Below, in pieces: positions 9,095 through 19,722 of a DNA stretch of 64,000 nucleotides. The stretch's first letter is position 1, and each line of letters begins with the position of its first letter. The position numbers and the translations under genes were made by a program. The stretch is from positions 992,001-1,056,000 of the forward strand of contig OZ253462.1 in NCBI GenBank assembly GCA_965261395.1, written 5' to 3'. The DNA is from Candidatus Latescibacterota bacterium. Its GTDB lineage: Bacteria; Latescibacterota; UBA2968; UBA8231. The notes beneath the pieces are model-generated. The model was given only the letters and a program-made list of their open reading frames with translations. It had not been told where the DNA came from and did not search any database.

Positions 9095-11612
9095 CGAGAA
9101 AAGTCGCCTCTCGATACCCGACCTCTCGCTGGTGGTGCTAATCGGCGTCTCTAGCTCAGGCAAATCGATCTTTGCCCGCGAGCACTTCCTCCCGACCGAA
9201 GTGCTTTCCGCGGACTTTTTTCGCGGAGTGGTCGCAGACGACGAAAACAGCCTAGAGGCTACGGACGATGCGTTTGCCGCCCTGCACTTTGTCGCCGCCC
9301 GCCGCTTGGCACGGGGCCTTTTGACCGTGGTAGACGCGACTAACGTGCAGCCCGAGGCGCGGAAGCCGCTGGTGGCGCTGGCCAAGCGCTATCACGCCCA
9401 GCCGGTGGCCATCGTCTTCGACCTGCCTCGGGCGCTCTGCGAGGAGCGCGCGGCCGGGCGTACAGACCGCGACTTGCCTCCCCACGTGATCCCCCGGCAA
9501 CACAGTCAGCTACGCCGCGGCCTCAAGGGCCTCAAGCGCGAGGGCTTTCGCCGCTCCTTTGCGCTGCGCTCGCCCGCAGACGTGGCGCGGGTCGAAGTGG
9601 TGCGAGAGAAACTGTGGCCCGACCGCCGCGAGGAGCGCGGTCCGTTTGACATCATCGGCGATGTCCACGGGTGTTGCGCCGAACTTGAAGCCCTGCTCGA
9701 CCGGCTGGGGTATTGCATCGCAGAGGGAAAGGTGGAGCCGCCGCCAGGGCGCAAGGCCGTCTTTGTCGGCGATCTGGTGGACCGTGGACCCAATGCCCCC
9801 AGCGTTCTCGCGCTGGTCATGCGCATGGTGGAGTCGGGCGCGGCCCTGTGCGTGCCGGGCAACCACGACGCGCGCTTGGTTCGGGCCTTGCAGGGCAGAA
9901 AGGTCCAACGCACCCACGGCTTAGAGGAGACGCTCGCCCAACTCGCCGACGAGACGGCGGAGTTCAAGAAAAAAGTCGAGACCTTTCTCGGCGGCCTAGT
10001 CAGTCACTACGTCCTCGACGGAGGTGCGCTGGTGGTAGCGCACGCTGGCATGAAGGAGGAAATGGCCGGCCGCGCCTCTGGGGCCGTACGGGCGTTTGCC
10101 CTGTACGGGGACCCGACGGGCGAGGATGACGAATTTGGCTTGCCGGTGCGCCGCGATTGGGCGGCCGAGTATCGGGGCCGCGCCCGCGTCGTCTATGGCC
10201 ACACGCCTGTGGCGCAGTCTGAATGGGTCAACAACGCGATCAACATCGACACCGGCTGCGTCTTTGGCGGCGCGCTGACGGCGCTGCGCTATCCCGAGCT
10301 GGAGCTCGTATCCGTCCCGGCCAAGGCGCAGTACGCCGAGCCGGTTCGCCCCTTGGCGGTGCAACAGACGCGCGACGATGTGCTCGACTTGGCGGATGTG
10401 GCCGGAGGCCGGCGGGTGGAGACGCGGTTGATGGGCCGAGTTACCGTCCATGCAGAGCGGGCGGTCGCGGCGCTGGAGGTGATGAGCCGCTTTGCCGTTG
10501 ATCACCGGTGGCTGATCTATCTGCCGCCGACGATGGCTCCGCCCCAAACCAGCACCCGCCCCGACTTGCTCGAACACCCGGACGAGGTCTTGGCGTACTA
10601 TCGCCGCTGCGGCGTGCGCGAGCTCATCTGCGAAGAGAAGCAAATGGGCTCGCGGGCCGTGTTGGTCGTTTGCCGCGACCCGGCGACAGCGCAGCGGCGC
10701 TTTGGGGTCGAGGACGGCAGCGCGGGCATCTGCTACACGCGCACGGGCCGCCGTTTTTTCACGGATACAGGCTTGGAGGCGGGGCTCTTGGACCACGTGC
10801 GCCGGGCCTTTGAGCGCAGCGAGCTGTGGAGTGCGCTGGCGACGGACTGGGCGGTACTCGACGCCGAGATCATGCCTTGGTCGGCCAAGGCGCAGCAGCT
10901 ACTCGAAGACCAGTACGCAGCAGTGGGCGCGGCGGCGCGAATGTCGCTGGCAGCGGCCGTGGGCGCGCTGGAGCAGGCGGCAGCGCGGGGCATAGCCGTC
11001 GGCGAGCTGTTGAGCCGTTGTCGCGGCCGGGCCGAGTCCGTGGCGCGCTACGCAGCGGCCTATCGCCCCTATTGCTGGCCGGTGCACTCGCTCGAGGACC
11101 TCAAATTGGCTCCTTTTCACCTCTTGGCCACGGAGGGACAGGTCCACGTCAACCAGACCCACGCGTGGCATCTGGAGACCTTGGACAAACTCTGCGCGGC
11201 CGAGCCGGATTTGCTGTGCGCGATAGATCGCCGGCGGGTGGTTTTAGACGATATGCACAGCAGCAGCGCAGCGGTCCAGTGGTGGGAGGAACTGACCGCA
11301 AGCGGCAGCGAGGGCTTGGTCGCCAAGCCCTTGGACTTCGTCTGCACAGGCGTGCGCGGTCTCGTCCAGCCGGCGCTTAAGTGCCGGGGCCGCACGTATC
11401 TGCGGCTGATCTACGGGCCTGAGTACACGGAGCGCCTAGAGCTGTTGCGCCGCCGCAATCTCAAGGGCAAGCAGGCGTTGGCCCTGCGGGAATTCGCGCT
11501 GGGAGTGGAGGGCTTGGAGCGGTTTGTCGCCGGGCAGCCCTTGCGCCGGGTACACGAATGCGTCTTTGGGGTCTTGGCGTTGGAAAGCGAGCCGGTTGAC
11601 CCTCGGTTTTAG
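9087..11612 (+). CDS. pnkp: Polynucleotide kinase-phosphatase/ligase Pnkp
   Basis: P-loop GVSSSGKS, DATN; phosphatase GDVHG, GDLVDRG, GNHD, YGHTP; ligase EEKQMGSR, EGLVAKP, KCRG; overlaps hen1. Confidence 0.95.
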   Translation: MADEKSRLSIPDLSLVVLIGVSSSGKSIFAREHFLPTEVLSADFFRGVVADDENSLEATDDAFAALHFVAARRLARGLLTVVDATNVQPEARKPLVALAKRYHAQPVAIVFDLPRALCEERAAGRTDRDLPPHVIPRQHSQLRRGLKGLKREGFRRSFALRSPADVARVEVVREKLWPDRREERGPFDIIGDVHGCCAELEALLDRLGYCIAEGKVEPPPGRKAVFVGDLVDRGPNAPSVLALVMRMVESGAALCVPGNHDARLVRALQGRKVQRTHGLEETLAQLADETAEFKKKVETFLGGLVSHYVLDGGALVVAHAGMKEEMAGRASGAVRAFALYGDPTGEDDEFGLPVRRDWAAEYRGRARVVYGHTPVAQSEWVNNAINIDTGCVFGGALTALRYPELELVSVPAKAQYAEPVRPLAVQQTRDDVLDLADVAGGRRVETRLMGRVTVHAERAVAALEVMSRFAVDHRWLIYLPPTMAPPQTSTRPDLLEHPDEVLAYYRRCGVRELICEEKQMGSRAVLVVCRDPATAQRRFGVEDGSAGICYTRTGRRFFTDTGLEAGLLDHVRRAFERSELWSALATDWAVLDAEIMPWSAKAQQLLEDQYAAVGAAARMSLAAAVGALEQAAARGIAVGELLSRCRGRAESVARYAAAYRPYCWPVHSLEDLKLAPFHLLATEGQVHVNQTHAWHLETLDKLCAAEPDLLCAIDRRRVVLDDMHSSSAAVQWWEELTASGSEGLVAKPLDFVCTGVRGLVQPALKCRGRTYLRLIYGPEYTERLELLRRRNLKGKQALALREFALGVEGLERFVAGQPLRRVHECVFGVLALESEPVDPRF

Positions 11613-11684
11613 CAATGGGCCGCTTGCGCCGCAGCCCACTGTCTCGGTATTATCAAACAGTACGCCTCTTATGGAGAATAGACC

Positions 11685-12254
11685 ATGATTACCATTACCG
11701 CAGCAGCAGAACAGAAAATTGCCAACCTAGTCGCCGCGAGCGAAAAGCCGGTCAAGGGCCTGCGCATCGGCGCTCGCCTCGATCCCGCCAAGCAGGTTGA
11801 CTACAAGCTGGCCTTCGTATCCGACCAGCAGGTAGGCAGCGACGATCAGGTCGCCCACTTTGGGGGCTTTGACGTGTACATAGATCCCGAAAGTGCCGAT
11901 CTGTTGGCGGAAGCCAAGGTGGATTACGTAGATGGGCTTATGGGTTCGGGCTTTAAGATCGAAGGCCCGCGCAAGATGCCCGCGCATCTGAGCGGCCCGG
12001 TGGCCGAGGCCGTCCACCGCGTCATCGAAACCCAAATTAACCCAGGCGTGGCCTCGCACGGCGGCGTGGTGACCTTAGTGGACATCAAGGGCAACACGGT
12101 CTTCGTGCAGATGGGCGGAGGCTGTCAGGGCTGTGGCCAAGCCGATGTGACGCTTAAACAGGGCATCATTCGCATGATTAAGGAAGCGGTGCCCGAGGTG
12201 GAGGCCGTAGAGGACGCGACGGATCACGCCTCGGGAGAAAACCCGTACTATTAG
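11685..12254 (+). CDS. nfuA: Fe-S cluster carrier NfuA (degenerate A-type domain + NifU-C)
   Basis: INPGVASHGG, GGGCQGC motif, HASGENPYY C-terminus. Confidence 0.9.
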   Translation: MITITAAAEQKIANLVAASEKPVKGLRIGARLDPAKQVDYKLAFVSDQQVGSDDQVAHFGGFDVYIDPESADLLAEAKVDYVDGLMGSGFKIEGPRKMPAHLSGPVAEAVHRVIETQINPGVASHGGVVTLVDIKGNTVFVQMGGGCQGCGQADVTLKQGIIRMIKEAVPEVEAVEDATDHASGENPYY

Positions 12255-12271
12255 TTCCGAGGAGAGGAGCT

Positions 12272-13075
12272 ATGACAACGGCGTTGCCGCTGGTGGCGCG
12301 GCCCGATCTCGAGGGCTATGTGCAGGCGATGAAGGACGACGGGTATGCCTATTTTCCCCAGGTGCTCAACGAGCTAGAGATCGCCGAGTTGCGCCACGCC
12401 ATGGATGAGCTGACCGCGCTGGAGGAAAGCTACGACCGCCACACCGACCCGGCCGTACACGGCTTTCTCAACAAGAGCATCAACAATGCGTTCAACCGCG
12501 CGCCGGTCTTCACCCAGTACCTGGACCGGCCCGAAATCATCGACCTAGTCGAGGCGATACACGGCGACGACTGCCACTGCATCGGCATGACGGCTTGGAT
12601 AACTGGCCCAGGTCGCCCTGACCAAACCCTGCACGCCGACTGGCAACCGCTGACCCTGCCCGAAGAAGTCATGGGTCACCCAGAGGTAGAGATTCCGATC
12701 TTTATCACCACGGCCCATTACTATCTCGACGGTCTGACAGAGGAGCTGGGGCCGACTTGCTTCGTGCCGGGCAGCCACCGCGCGGGTCGGCGGCCCCGAG
12801 CGGGCGAAACCAGCTTTAAGGGCGTCGAGGAGCAGAGCATCTTGTGCAAGGCCGGCGACTGCGTGTTGTTTCGCTGCGAGGTTTGGCACCGAGGCACGGC
12901 CAATACGAGCACGCAGACGCGCTACCTGCTGCAAGTACACTACGCCCAGCGCATTATCACCCAAAAGTACCCACCCTATCTGAACAAATTCCAATTCGAC
13001 GCGGCCCTGTTGGCGCAGGCCACGCCACGGCAGCAGCGGCTTTTGGGCGACCACGTGCCGAGCAATTACGACTAG
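12272..13075 (+). CDS. PhyH family dioxygenase
   Basis: LHAD, GPTCFVPGSH, WHRG motifs. Confidence 0.9.
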   Translation: MTTALPLVARPDLEGYVQAMKDDGYAYFPQVLNELEIAELRHAMDELTALEESYDRHTDPAVHGFLNKSINNAFNRAPVFTQYLDRPEIIDLVEAIHGDDCHCIGMTAWITGPGRPDQTLHADWQPLTLPEEVMGHPEVEIPIFITTAHYYLDGLTEELGPTCFVPGSHRAGRRPRAGETSFKGVEEQSILCKAGDCVLFRCEVWHRGTANTSTQTRYLLQVHYAQRIITQKYPPYLNKFQFDAALLAQATPRQQRLLGDHVPSNYD

Positions 13076-13078
13076 AAA

Positions 13079-13101
13079 GGCGACCGGCCGGTCGCCCCTA
13101 C
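13079..13101. repeat. GTAG-type REP-like palindrome
   Basis: ggcgaccggccggtcgcccctac directly after a stop codon. Confidence 0.7.
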
Positions 13102-13143
13102 CACCCGGATTACGGCTCCCGCCGAATGGATGAATAACACACT

Positions 13144-13515
13144 ATGGCTAATTCTCCCATATCCGTTCTGCTCTTCGAAGACAATCCCATTCACGCTCGC
13201 CTGTTGCAGAACTTGCTGAAACCGGAATTTGCCGTGGAAGCGGTCGATCATTTAGCGGCTGGCTTGGCGCGGTTAGAAGCCGGCGGCATCGACGCAATCC
13301 TCCTCGACTTGGTACTGCCCGACAGTCAAGAGCTGGCCACCTTCGAGCGCGTCAAAGCAACCGTCCCGAACATCCCCGTACTGGTCCTGACTGGCCTTGA
13401 TGACGAAGTGCTCGCCGAAGAGGCCGTAGCGGCCGGCGCCCGCGATTACCTAATCAAAACGCAGATTGACGGCGAGAGTTTGGCCCGGTCTATCCGGGCG
13501 GCCGTAGCAGGTTAG
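13144..13515 (+). CDS. Single-domain response regulator
   Basis: [19 protein letters not shown] receiver motifs. Confidence 0.9.
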   Translation: MANSPISVLLFEDNPIHARLLQNLLKPEFAVEAVDHLAAGLARLEAGGIDAILLDLVLPDSQELATFERVKATVPNIPVLVLTGLDDEVLAEEAVAAGARDYLIKTQIDGESLARSIRAAVAG

Positions 13516-13517
13516 CG

Positions 13518-16415
13518 ATGGGGAGCGATCCCCGCTTCCTGCGCAGGACCGGCTGGCTGGCGCGATTGGCAGCCTCCACGAGCGTACTCTCGGGTGCGCT
13601 GGTGCTGTGGGGCTGGAACGCTGGCGACGAATATCTCAAAAGCTTCATGCACATCAGTTGGGTGGCGACGCATCCGCTCGTGGCGATGCAGTTTATCTTG
13701 GCTGGCGCGGCGCTTTTGTTGTTGCGAGCCGAGCCGCTGAGCCGCTGGCGGCGGTATGCGGGCGTGGTGCTGGGGGCGACCGTGGTGCTGATCGCCGTGT
13801 TCAAGTTGATCGGCTACCAGTACAACTGGGAGCGGGGAGTCGATACATACCTTTTTTACTTCAAGCTGGGCGGCTACCGGATGTCGCCCAATGCGGCTTT
13901 TTCCTTTTTGCTGATAGGCTTGGCGCTGGTGTTGATGGACGTGCGGGTGAGGGGCCACGCCTATCTGCCGCAGACCTGCGTGCTCGCGGCAACGGCCATT
14001 GGGCTTTTGTCGATGAGCAGCTACTTCCACAACGTGCTCCTGCTCTACGGGATAGCTGGGTATGTGCCGGTCGTCCCAGACACGGCGACTGAATTTCTCA
14101 TCCTCTGCGCTGGCCTGCTCTGTGCCCGGCCGCACCGCGAGCCGATCACCACCATCATCAGCACTACGGAGGGCGGCTCCGTAGCGCGCCGCCTCTTGCC
14201 GGCCGCCTTTGCCATTCCCCTCGTACTCGACTGGATCCGCACGCAGGGCGAGAGTCTCTATGGCTACGAATTTGGCCTCTCGCTCTTTACGCTGCTCAAC
14301 ATCTTGGCCTTTGCCCTGCTCATTTGGTGGAACGCCGCATCGCTGTCGCGGGTCGATGCGGAAAGGCGGCGCTCGGAAGAGCAGCTACAAGAGCAATACC
14401 GCCTGACCGCGGCGACGGCGCAATCCGAGCACGAGGCCCTGTTGGCACTCGAAGAGTCGCAGGAGGCTCTGCGCGACGCCAAGGAGCAGGCCGAAGCGGC
14501 CAACCACGCCAAGAGCGCGTTCTTGGCCAATATGAGCCACGAGATCCGCACCCCAATGAACGGCATCATCGGCATGACCGAGCTGTTGGGGCGCACCCGG
14601 CTCGAATCTCAGCAGCGCAACTACTTGACCTTGGTGCAGCAGTCGGCTGAAGCCCTGCTATCCCTGCTCAACGACATCCTCGACTTCTCCAAAGTCGAAG
14701 CAGGCCGCTTGGCGCTGGAGGAAATCGAGTTTGGCCTGCGCGACGAGGTGGGTAATGCCGTGCAGGCCCTGGCTATGCACGCGGCGAGCAAAAACATAGA
14801 GCTCGTGTGCCACATCCCCGCAGACGTTCCCGACCGCTTGGTCGGCGACCCGCGCCGCTTGCGCCAAGTGGTGATCAACTTGGTGGGCAATGCGATTAAG
14901 TTTACCGAAGAGGGCGAGGTGGAAGTTGGCATCGCCGTGGAAGAGGCCTTGCCGGATGCCGTGGGTCTGCGCCTGTGGGTGCGCGACACCGGGATCGGCA
15001 TCGCGCCGGAGAAACAGGCGCGGATCTTCGACTCTTTCAGCCAAGTCGATAGCTCGACCTCGCGGCGCTTTGGCGGCAGCGGCTTGGGCTTGGCCATTTC
15101 GCAGCAGCTAGTCGAACTGATGGGAGGCCGCATCTGGGTCGAGAGCGAGGAGGGCAAAGGCAGCACCTTTTACTGCACGGTCCGCTTAGGGCTGGGGACG
15201 CCGGAGACCAAGCGCACCGATCTGATCTCGCTGCGGGGGCTAAAGGTCTTGGTTGTTGACGACCATGCAACTAACCGGCGGATCCTCGAAGAGATCCTCA
15301 AAAGCTGGGCGATGGAGGCCGAGCTGGTGGAGAGCGGCTCTGCTGCGATAGCAGCCATAGAGGCTGCGCCGCAGCCTTTCGACTTAGTGCTGATGGATCT
15401 GATGATGCCGGGGATGGACGGCCTAGAAACGGTAGCGAGGATCCGCGAGAACGTAGCGTTTGCCCAAGTGCCGGTGCTGCTGCTTTCCTCGGCCGACCGA
15501 GCCGAATACAGCACGCGGTCGCGCTCCTTGGGCATTGCCCGCAGCCTGATTAAGCCGGTCAAGCAGTCCGACCTGCTAGAGGCCATTGGCGAGGCCCTTG
15601 AAGCCGCCCCGCCGGTGTATACGCATGGTCCCTCAAGGAGCGGTGAAGTGCTTGGGGACGAGCCGGTGGCTGTCGAGAGGTGCCGCATCCTCTTGGCCGA
15701 GGATGGGGTGATCAACCAGCAAGTAGCCGTGCGGCTATTGGAAGAGCGCGGCCACTCCGTAGTGATAGTGAACAATGGCCGCGCAGCCGTGGAGCAGGTG
15801 GCGGCACAGTCCTTTGACGTGGTGCTGATGGATGTGCAAATGCCGAATATGGACGGTCTAGAGGCCACGGCTGCCATTCGCCAAGCAGAGACATCGACTG
15901 GTGGGCACATCCCAATCGTCGCCATGACCGCCCACGCCATGAAAGGTGACCGCGACCGCTTCTTAGCGGCGGGCATGGACGGTTATGTCGCCAAGCCCGT
16001 GCGCCCGCACGAGCTGTACGCGGCCGTGGAGGGACTTCACCGCGCCTTGAGGCGTGAATTCGCGCCTGCGGATGTGTTCTTTGAGTGGGATGCCGCGCTC
16101 GAGCGCGTCGGCGGCGACGAGGCCATGCTGCGCGACCTAGCGGAGATGTTCTTTGCCGAGTGCCCCAAGCTGATGCAGCAGATCCGCAAGCATATCGCCG
16201 GCGCGGACGGCCCCGAGTTGCGGCGGGCCGCGCATACGCTCAAGGGATCGGCGCAGGTTTTCGGAGCGGAGGAGACGGCCGAGGCCGCGCATCGGTTGGA
16301 GGAAATCGGACGCGAGGAAGCGTTTGCCGACGCTAGAGAGGCACTAGCGTTGTTGGACGATGAAGTGGCGCGGTTGCTGCCGGCCTTGCGGGAGCGGGTT
16401 GCGGCCAGCGCGTAA
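13518..16415 (+). CDS. Multi-TM hybrid sensor histidine kinase (HisKA, HATPase, 2x REC, Hpt)
   Basis: [33 protein letters not shown], two receiver domains, AHTLKG Hpt. Confidence 0.95.
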   Translation: MGSDPRFLRRTGWLARLAASTSVLSGALVLWGWNAGDEYLKSFMHISWVATHPLVAMQFILAGAALLLLRAEPLSRWRRYAGVVLGATVVLIAVFKLIGYQYNWERGVDTYLFYFKLGGYRMSPNAAFSFLLIGLALVLMDVRVRGHAYLPQTCVLAATAIGLLSMSSYFHNVLLLYGIAGYVPVVPDTATEFLILCAGLLCARPHREPITTIISTTEGGSVARRLLPAAFAIPLVLDWIRTQGESLYGYEFGLSLFTLLNILAFALLIWWNAASLSRVDAERRRSEEQLQEQYRLTAATAQSEHEALLALEESQEALRDAKEQAEAANHAKSAFLANMSHEIRTPMNGIIGMTELLGRTRLESQQRNYLTLVQQSAEALLSLLNDILDFSKVEAGRLALEEIEFGLRDEVGNAVQALAMHAASKNIELVCHIPADVPDRLVGDPRRLRQVVINLVGNAIKFTEEGEVEVGIAVEEALPDAVGLRLWVRDTGIGIAPEKQARIFDSFSQVDSSTSRRFGGSGLGLAISQQLVELMGGRIWVESEEGKGSTFYCTVRLGLGTPETKRTDLISLRGLKVLVVDDHATNRRILEEILKSWAMEAELVESGSAAIAAIEAAPQPFDLVLMDLMMPGMDGLETVARIRENVAFAQVPVLLLSSADRAEYSTRSRSLGIARSLIKPVKQSDLLEAIGEALEAAPPVYTHGPSRSGEVLGDEPVAVERCRILLAEDGVINQQVAVRLLEERGHSVVIVNNGRAAVEQVAAQSFDVVLMDVQMPNMDGLEATAAIRQAETSTGGHIPIVAMTAHAMKGDRDRFLAAGMDGYVAKPVRPHELYAAVEGLHRALRREFAPADVFFEWDAALERVGGDEAMLRDLAEMFFAECPKLMQQIRKHIAGADGPELRRAAHTLKGSAQVFGAEETAEAAHRLEEIGREEAFADAREALALLDDEVARLLPALRERVAASA

Positions 16416-16435
16416 CGCCGAAGGAGAAACAGACG

Positions 16436-16765
16436 ATGGAACGCGTGTACACCACTCAGGACTTGGCCATGCTCAGCCACCTCAAAAATGCGCTAGCCGC
16501 GCAGGGCATTGAATGCGTTTTGCGCGGTCAGCACCTGCTCGGCGGAGTGGGCGAATTGCCCCCGATCGAGTGCTGGCCGGAGTTGTGGGTCTTGGACGAC
16601 AAGCAGGTCGCGGCGGCGAGATCGCATATCGACACCCTGTTTGCAACGGCTGCTAAAGACGAGGCACCTTGGACTTGCGCCGCGTGCGGCGAGGAGTGCC
16701 CGGGAGCGTTTACGGACTGTTGGAGCTGCGGCGCAGCTAGGGCCGAAAAGAGCGAAACTCCCTGA
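16436..16765 (+). CDS. DUF2007-like protein with C-terminal RanBP2-type Zn finger
   Basis: GELPP..WPELWV and WTCAACGE...FTDCWSCG. Confidence 0.75.
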   Translation: MERVYTTQDLAMLSHLKNALAAQGIECVLRGQHLLGGVGELPPIECWPELWVLDDKQVAAARSHIDTLFATAAKDEAPWTCAACGEECPGAFTDCWSCGAARAEKSETP

Positions 16766-16828
16766 CACACCCCACTGGCGCGCCTTTGGCTTGCCGACTC
16801 CCCGAATTAGAAAAAACCGCTAAGACGC

Positions 16829-18229
16829 ATGAACAAGACAGAAAATAGCACGCCCAATATCGTCCTGATCGTCACCGACCAGCAGCGCTGGGACACGCTC
16901 GGCTGCTTGGGCTACGACCACGTAATCACTCCGCACATTGACCGCTTGGCCGCCCGGGGCGTAGCGTTCAGTCGCGCCTTTGTGCAAGGGGCCGTTTGCG
17001 GCCCGTCGCGCAATAGCATCGTCTCGGGCCAGTACGTCCACACCCACGGCATTGACCGCAACGAGGCGTGGCTGACGCCCGAACAGCCCAACTGGATCGA
17101 GCAGCTCAAGGACGGCGGCTACCACACAGTCAACATCGGCAAAATGCACACCGCGCCCATCCGCCTGCCGTGCGGCTTCCGCCACCGCACGGTCGTCGAA
17201 AACAAGAACTATCGGCAGGGACACCACGGCCCAGACCCGGACGACTACGACTTGTACCTGATGCAATTCGGGCTTAGACGACCGGCGCTGACCTACTACC
17301 GCGACGTGCCCAATTGGCCGGATTATTTGGGCGCGGCCGTGTGGCCGCACGACGAAGCCTTGTTTATCGACAACTGCATTGGGCGCTGGAGCGTGGAGGC
17401 TATTCGCACGCACGACTTTGCCAAGCCGCTTTTCCTGTGGAGTGGTTTTGCCGGGCCGCACGATCCCTTTGACGCGCCCGAATCTTCGCTGGCGCGCTAC
17501 GAAGGCGTGGACATTCCCGACCCCGTGGGGATCCCCAACGAACTGGACACCAAGCCGCCGCCACAGCGCCAAGCCATGAAGGGCATGGACGGCAAACACG
17601 CACCCGCGGCGATCTGGTGGAGCCGAGCGACCCCGGAGCGCATTCGCCGCATGCGCCGGCACTACTACGCCAACATCACCGCCATTGACGATTGGGTCGG
17701 CTCGATGGTTGCGGCCATTGACGAGCGGGGCGAGCTGGACAACACGATTTTTGTATTTACCTCGGACCACGGCGACTGCCTCGGCGACCATCACCAAGTC
17801 TATAAGTTCTCGTCCCACTACGACTCAGTGGCGCGAGTGCCGCTGGTTTTTGCCGGTCCCAGAGTCGAGCGGCTGGGGGTGCGCGATCCGCTAGTAGAGT
17901 TGATTGATCTAGGCCCGACCCTGTTGGAAATGGCGGGGTTGGGGCCGTTGGCCGAGGCGGCGGGGCTTTCTTTGGGGCCGCTGTTGCACGGGGAAGAGGT
18001 CGTATTGCACGAGACCGTGTTTTCCGAGTACGGCCCGCGCATCATGGCGCGAACCGAGGCGTGGAAATTGGTTTTTTACCCGGGGGAACCCTACGGGGAG
18101 TTGTATCATTTAGAAGAGGACCTGGACGAACTGTACAACCTGTACGACGATCCGGCTCATGCGGGAGCGCGGGGAGCGATGGTGGAGCGGATGATGGATT
18201 GGTACGGCAAGACGCGGATGCAGCGCTAG
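16829..18229 (+). CDS. Sulfatase
   Basis: PNIVLIVTDQQR, CGPSR (CxPxR), GKMH, SDHGD. Confidence 0.95.
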   Translation: MNKTENSTPNIVLIVTDQQRWDTLGCLGYDHVITPHIDRLAARGVAFSRAFVQGAVCGPSRNSIVSGQYVHTHGIDRNEAWLTPEQPNWIEQLKDGGYHTVNIGKMHTAPIRLPCGFRHRTVVENKNYRQGHHGPDPDDYDLYLMQFGLRRPALTYYRDVPNWPDYLGAAVWPHDEALFIDNCIGRWSVEAIRTHDFAKPLFLWSGFAGPHDPFDAPESSLARYEGVDIPDPVGIPNELDTKPPPQRQAMKGMDGKHAPAAIWWSRATPERIRRMRRHYYANITAIDDWVGSMVAAIDERGELDNTIFVFTSDHGDCLGDHHQVYKFSSHYDSVARVPLVFAGPRVERLGVRDPLVELIDLGPTLLEMAGLGPLAEAAGLSLGPLLHGEEVVLHETVFSEYGPRIMARTEAWKLVFYPGEPYGELYHLEEDLDELYNLYDDPAHAGARGAMVERMMDWYGKTRMQR

Positions 18230-18267
18230 CCGAGAAGATAGACGCTGATTAGAGAAAGGACGCGAGG

Positions 18268-19722
18268 TTGGTGATTCCCATCGACATGCCAGACGCGGTC
18301 AAGCGCGCAGACGGCAGTGCGCGCTTTGCGTACGTCACTTTTGTGATGATGAACGACAGCTACGTGCCCGGTGCGCTCCTGCTGGCCTACGGACTGCGCC
18401 GGCAGTGGACCGAGGCGGATATAGTCTGCTTGGTCACACCCGAAGTCACGGCCGACGCCCGCGACGCGCTCGCAGTGCTCTACGATCACGTGGTTGAGGT
18501 CGAGACCGTGTGCGTGCCACACAAGCGCAGCCACCAGCGGCGGGACCGCCCCTTTTGGTTTACCCGGCAGAATGCCTTCCGCCTCGGAGCCGACGGGGAC
18601 TTGGGCCTATCCTACGAGAAGATCGTGGTCCTCGACGCCGATGTGCTGCCGATGAAGTGGTTCGATCACCTCTTTACGCTCGACGCGCCTTCCGGGGTCT
18701 TAAACGAGAGCAAGGAGCACTGCATTGAGGAGGACGAGCAGGGCCAGTACATCGTCCCGCAAAACTTGCACGTCGGCACCGAGTGGAGGTGGCACCGCCT
18801 GTACGCGGCTTGTCCCCACGGCCAAGCCATTCCCCGAGAAATTACCGATCGGGTCGCAGCCGACCCCGGCAACAACACCGGCATCAGCGGTTCGCTCTAC
18901 GTGTGGGAACCTTCTATGCGGGAGTTTCTCGACATTTGCGAGACGATTGCCAAGCCTCCGGTGGTCGAATACGTCACGGACCTATTCGACTACCCGGACA
19001 TGCAGTACATGACGATGCGCTATTCCGGCAGTTGGAAGAGCATCGACTTGCGCTTTATAGGCTTCAAGGGCTACCCAGGGCTAAAGGCGCTCTTCGGCAC
19101 CCACTACGCGGGCTTCAAGCCTTGGTATTTCAAGCAGCCGCAACTGCTCAAGCGCTATAGTCAGTACGAGGATTTCGCATACTGGTATCGGGAGTACTTG
19201 GCCATGGTGTGGGTGGATTATCCCGATTTGCGGAAAATCAAACGGCTTGCGAGACTCGACGAGGATATCCGGGCACTGACCGGCATCCAAATCGGCGAGA
19301 TGCAAGACAGACCCTCGGAGAAAAACAATCCGCGCCAGCGAAAGGAGCACACTGTGAACATACACGTGGGTAATTTGGCAAAGACGACCAAAAAGGAGGC
19401 GCTGATCGAGCTCTTCCAACCGTATGGGAAGGTCGTGGCCGCCACCATCGCCCGAGACAAGAAGAACGGTGCCTCGCGCGGCTTCGGTTACGTGGAGATG
19501 GCTACCCGGCACGAAGGCGAAGAGGCCATCGCCCATCTCAACGACAAGGAGTTCGAGGGGCAGAAGTTGCACCTCAGCGAAGCGCACGAGAGCAAGGGCA
19601 AGGGCGGGCGCGGGTCGGGCAAGGGCGACCGCGCTGACCAGCAGCACAGTAGTTTTTTCTCTGCCCGTGGCGACCAGCACAACGCGGGAAATATGCGGCG
19701 GAGCGGACGGCGGGGTTCCTAG
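18268..19722 (+). CDS. Glycogenin-like GT8 glycosyltransferase read in frame into an RRM domain
   Basis: FAYVTF..NDSYVPGALLLAYGL, KIVVLDADVL (DxD), DMQ, HYAGFKPW; C-terminal RRM. Exact start uncertain. Confidence 0.8.
   Translation: MVIPIDMPDAVKRADGSARFAYVTFVMMNDSYVPGALLLAYGLRRQWTEADIVCLVTPEVTADARDALAVLYDHVVEVETVCVPHKRSHQRRDRPFWFTRQNAFRLGADGDLGLSYEKIVVLDADVLPMKWFDHLFTLDAPSGVLNESKEHCIEEDEQGQYIVPQNLHVGTEWRWHRLYAACPHGQAIPREITDRVAADPGNNTGISGSLYVWEPSMREFLDICETIAKPPVVEYVTDLFDYPDMQYMTMRYSGSWKSIDLRFIGFKGYPGLKALFGTHYAGFKPWYFKQPQLLKRYSQYEDFAYWYREYLAMVWVDYPDLRKIKRLARLDEDIRALTGIQIGEMQDRPSEKNNPRQRKEHTVNIHVGNLAKTTKKEALIELFQPYGKVVAATIARDKKNGASRGFGYVEMATRHEGEEAIAHLNDKEFEGQKLHLSEAHESKGKGGRGSGKGDRADQQHSSFFSARGDQHNAGNMRRSGRRGS
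19354..19722 (+). CDS. RRM RNA-binding protein, probably with its own internal start
   Basis: AAAGGAG RBS then GTG; (M)NIHVGNL RNP2, RGFGYVEM RNP1, Gly/Arg-rich tail. Confidence 0.8.
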   Translation: MNIHVGNLAKTTKKEALIELFQPYGKVVAATIARDKKNGASRGFGYVEMATRHEGEEAIAHLNDKEFEGQKLHLSEAHESKGKGGRGSGKGDRADQQHSSFFSARGDQHNAGNMRRSGRRGS

